Positions 62,727-64,000 of a stretch of DNA of 64,000 nt are shown here, one piece after another. Source of the stretch: Camelus ferus. Its lineage: Eukaryota. Under the pieces are notes generated by a model that saw only the letters and a program-made list of their open reading frames with translations, had not been told where the DNA came from and searched no databases. Where the stretch lies: positions 98,704,001-98,768,000 of the forward strand of contig NC_045698.1 in assembly GCF_009834535.1 (NCBI RefSeq). The letters run 5' to 3'. Position numbers and translations under genes: made by a program. Position 1 is the stretch's first letter; every line of letters starts with the position of its first letter.

Positions 62727-63233
62727 AGGGCGTATCTCTGTTTTATTGTGCTTTTCTATATTGCACATCACAGATATTTCTTTCTTTTTTTTTTTTTTTT
62801 TTTTGCACATTGAAGGTTTGTGGCAAGCCTGAGTCAAGCAAGTCTATTGGCATCATTTGTCCAACAGTATTTACTTACTTTATGTCTCTGTGTCATACTT
62901 TAGTAAATCTCAAAATATTTCAAACTTTTTCATTATTATTAATTTGTTACCATGATCTACAGTGATTTTTGCTCTTGCTATTGCAAAAAGATTATGTTCA
63001 AAACTCACTGAAGTTTCTGATGAAGGCTGGCATTTTTTAGCAATGAAGTATTTTTAACTAAGGTGTGTACTTTTTTTAAGACAATGCTTTTGCACACTTA
63101 CTTGACTACAGTAATGTAAACAGAACTTCTACGTGCACTGGGAAACAAAAAAAATTGTGACTTGTTTTATTGCGCTTATCTCTTTATTGTATTGGTCTGG
63201 AACTGAACTCTAAATATCTCCAAAGTATGCCTG
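62727..63233 (+). mobile_element. Tigger1-family non-autonomous DNA transposon (TcMar) with internal poly-T
   Basis: Begins agggcgtatctctgttttattgtgc...attgaaggtttgtggcaa, ends caaagtatgcctg; TA on both flanks (62725-62726, 63234-63235); matches Tigger1 termini as recalled. Confidence 0.8.
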
Positions 63234-64000
63234 TAAACAATTTTTAGATCTAATGTCTTAAGAATGTTGTAGGCAGTCAAAAAGCTGTCATACCATTCTT
63301 CAAGGGAGGTTGAAGTCAGAGCAATTATGTGTCTGTTAGTGATGTCTTACCAGGCTTAGATTTACAAAGCAGTGAGGCTGTTGTTTTGTCTACAAGGGAA
63401 ATGTCGGGCAATGTTATAGTGGCCCCATTAAAGCTAATGAGATTTTTCCCTAAATTTTTCTTCTTACTGCTTAATATATGATGACTTTTTTCAGCTTAGA
63501 CACACTGTAAATGTAAAAGTAGGCAGTCATATAAATAAATCTTTAAAGACAAATTTAAGCTAAAATTAGATTTTTCTCTTAATTGATTTAACTGCTGTGG
63601 TTTTCATACTAATCTGATATTTTGTTTCTTAAATTTACTTCTCTTTGGTTTCAAAGCCTCCAGAATAAGGTTCTTAACCTGGATTTCTATGTAGGTGGAT
63701 CCATTGTAATTGTATTCATTGTACTCCTGTCTGCATGCGCTCATGTAAAATCATTTTACTTACCAGTAGGCTCACTATGCTCATCAGGAGATTAAAGTTG
63801 TTCTCCTTACTTGCAGTATAGGTTTTTCAGGATTAATCTGTATCGATGCTCATTCTATATGCTCCTCCATCAAAGAAAAGATAATGTTTTGGCCTCTGTT
63901 GCTCCTCTCACACACACTGTGCCTATATAATTTTTGAGCTGTCTATTTTGCAGCCCTAAAATCATATAGCTAGAGTCTTATATTCATTCTAGTATCTCTA

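Overview
Mammalian genomic DNA covering the 5' half of the clustered protocadherin-gamma (PCDHG) variable region; four tRNA-derived Vic-1-like SINEs suggest a camelid host. On the + strand are 11 tandem ~2.4-kb variable exons, each with its own CSE/CGCT-box (CTCF-site) promoter and a phase-0 splice donor. Their order matches human: GA1, GA2, GA3, GB1, GA4, GB2, GA5, GB3, GA6, GA7, GB4. Orthology was assigned from my recollection of the human proteins plus synteny. The shared constant exons and C-type exons lie outside the window. Departures from the textbook picture: (1) a heavily decayed gamma-B-type relic exon upstream of GA1 that keeps a CGCT core, a CpG-rich promoter and a GTGAGT donor-like site; (2) a +1 frameshift in GA2; (3) a degenerate intronless RRP15-like retrocopy inside an old L1 between GA1 and GA2; (4) patchy near-identity tracts between paralogs (GA6/GA7, GA3/GA4, all B genes); (5) a subfamily-linked 29 vs 30 bp spacing of the CTCF upstream module; (6) 13 N-runs, those I measured matching the paralog length exactly, which points to reference-guided or masked sequence, so the frameshift and identity tracts need long-read confirmation. 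I see no evidence of a wholly new biological system; this is a known locus with several possibly unannotated details.
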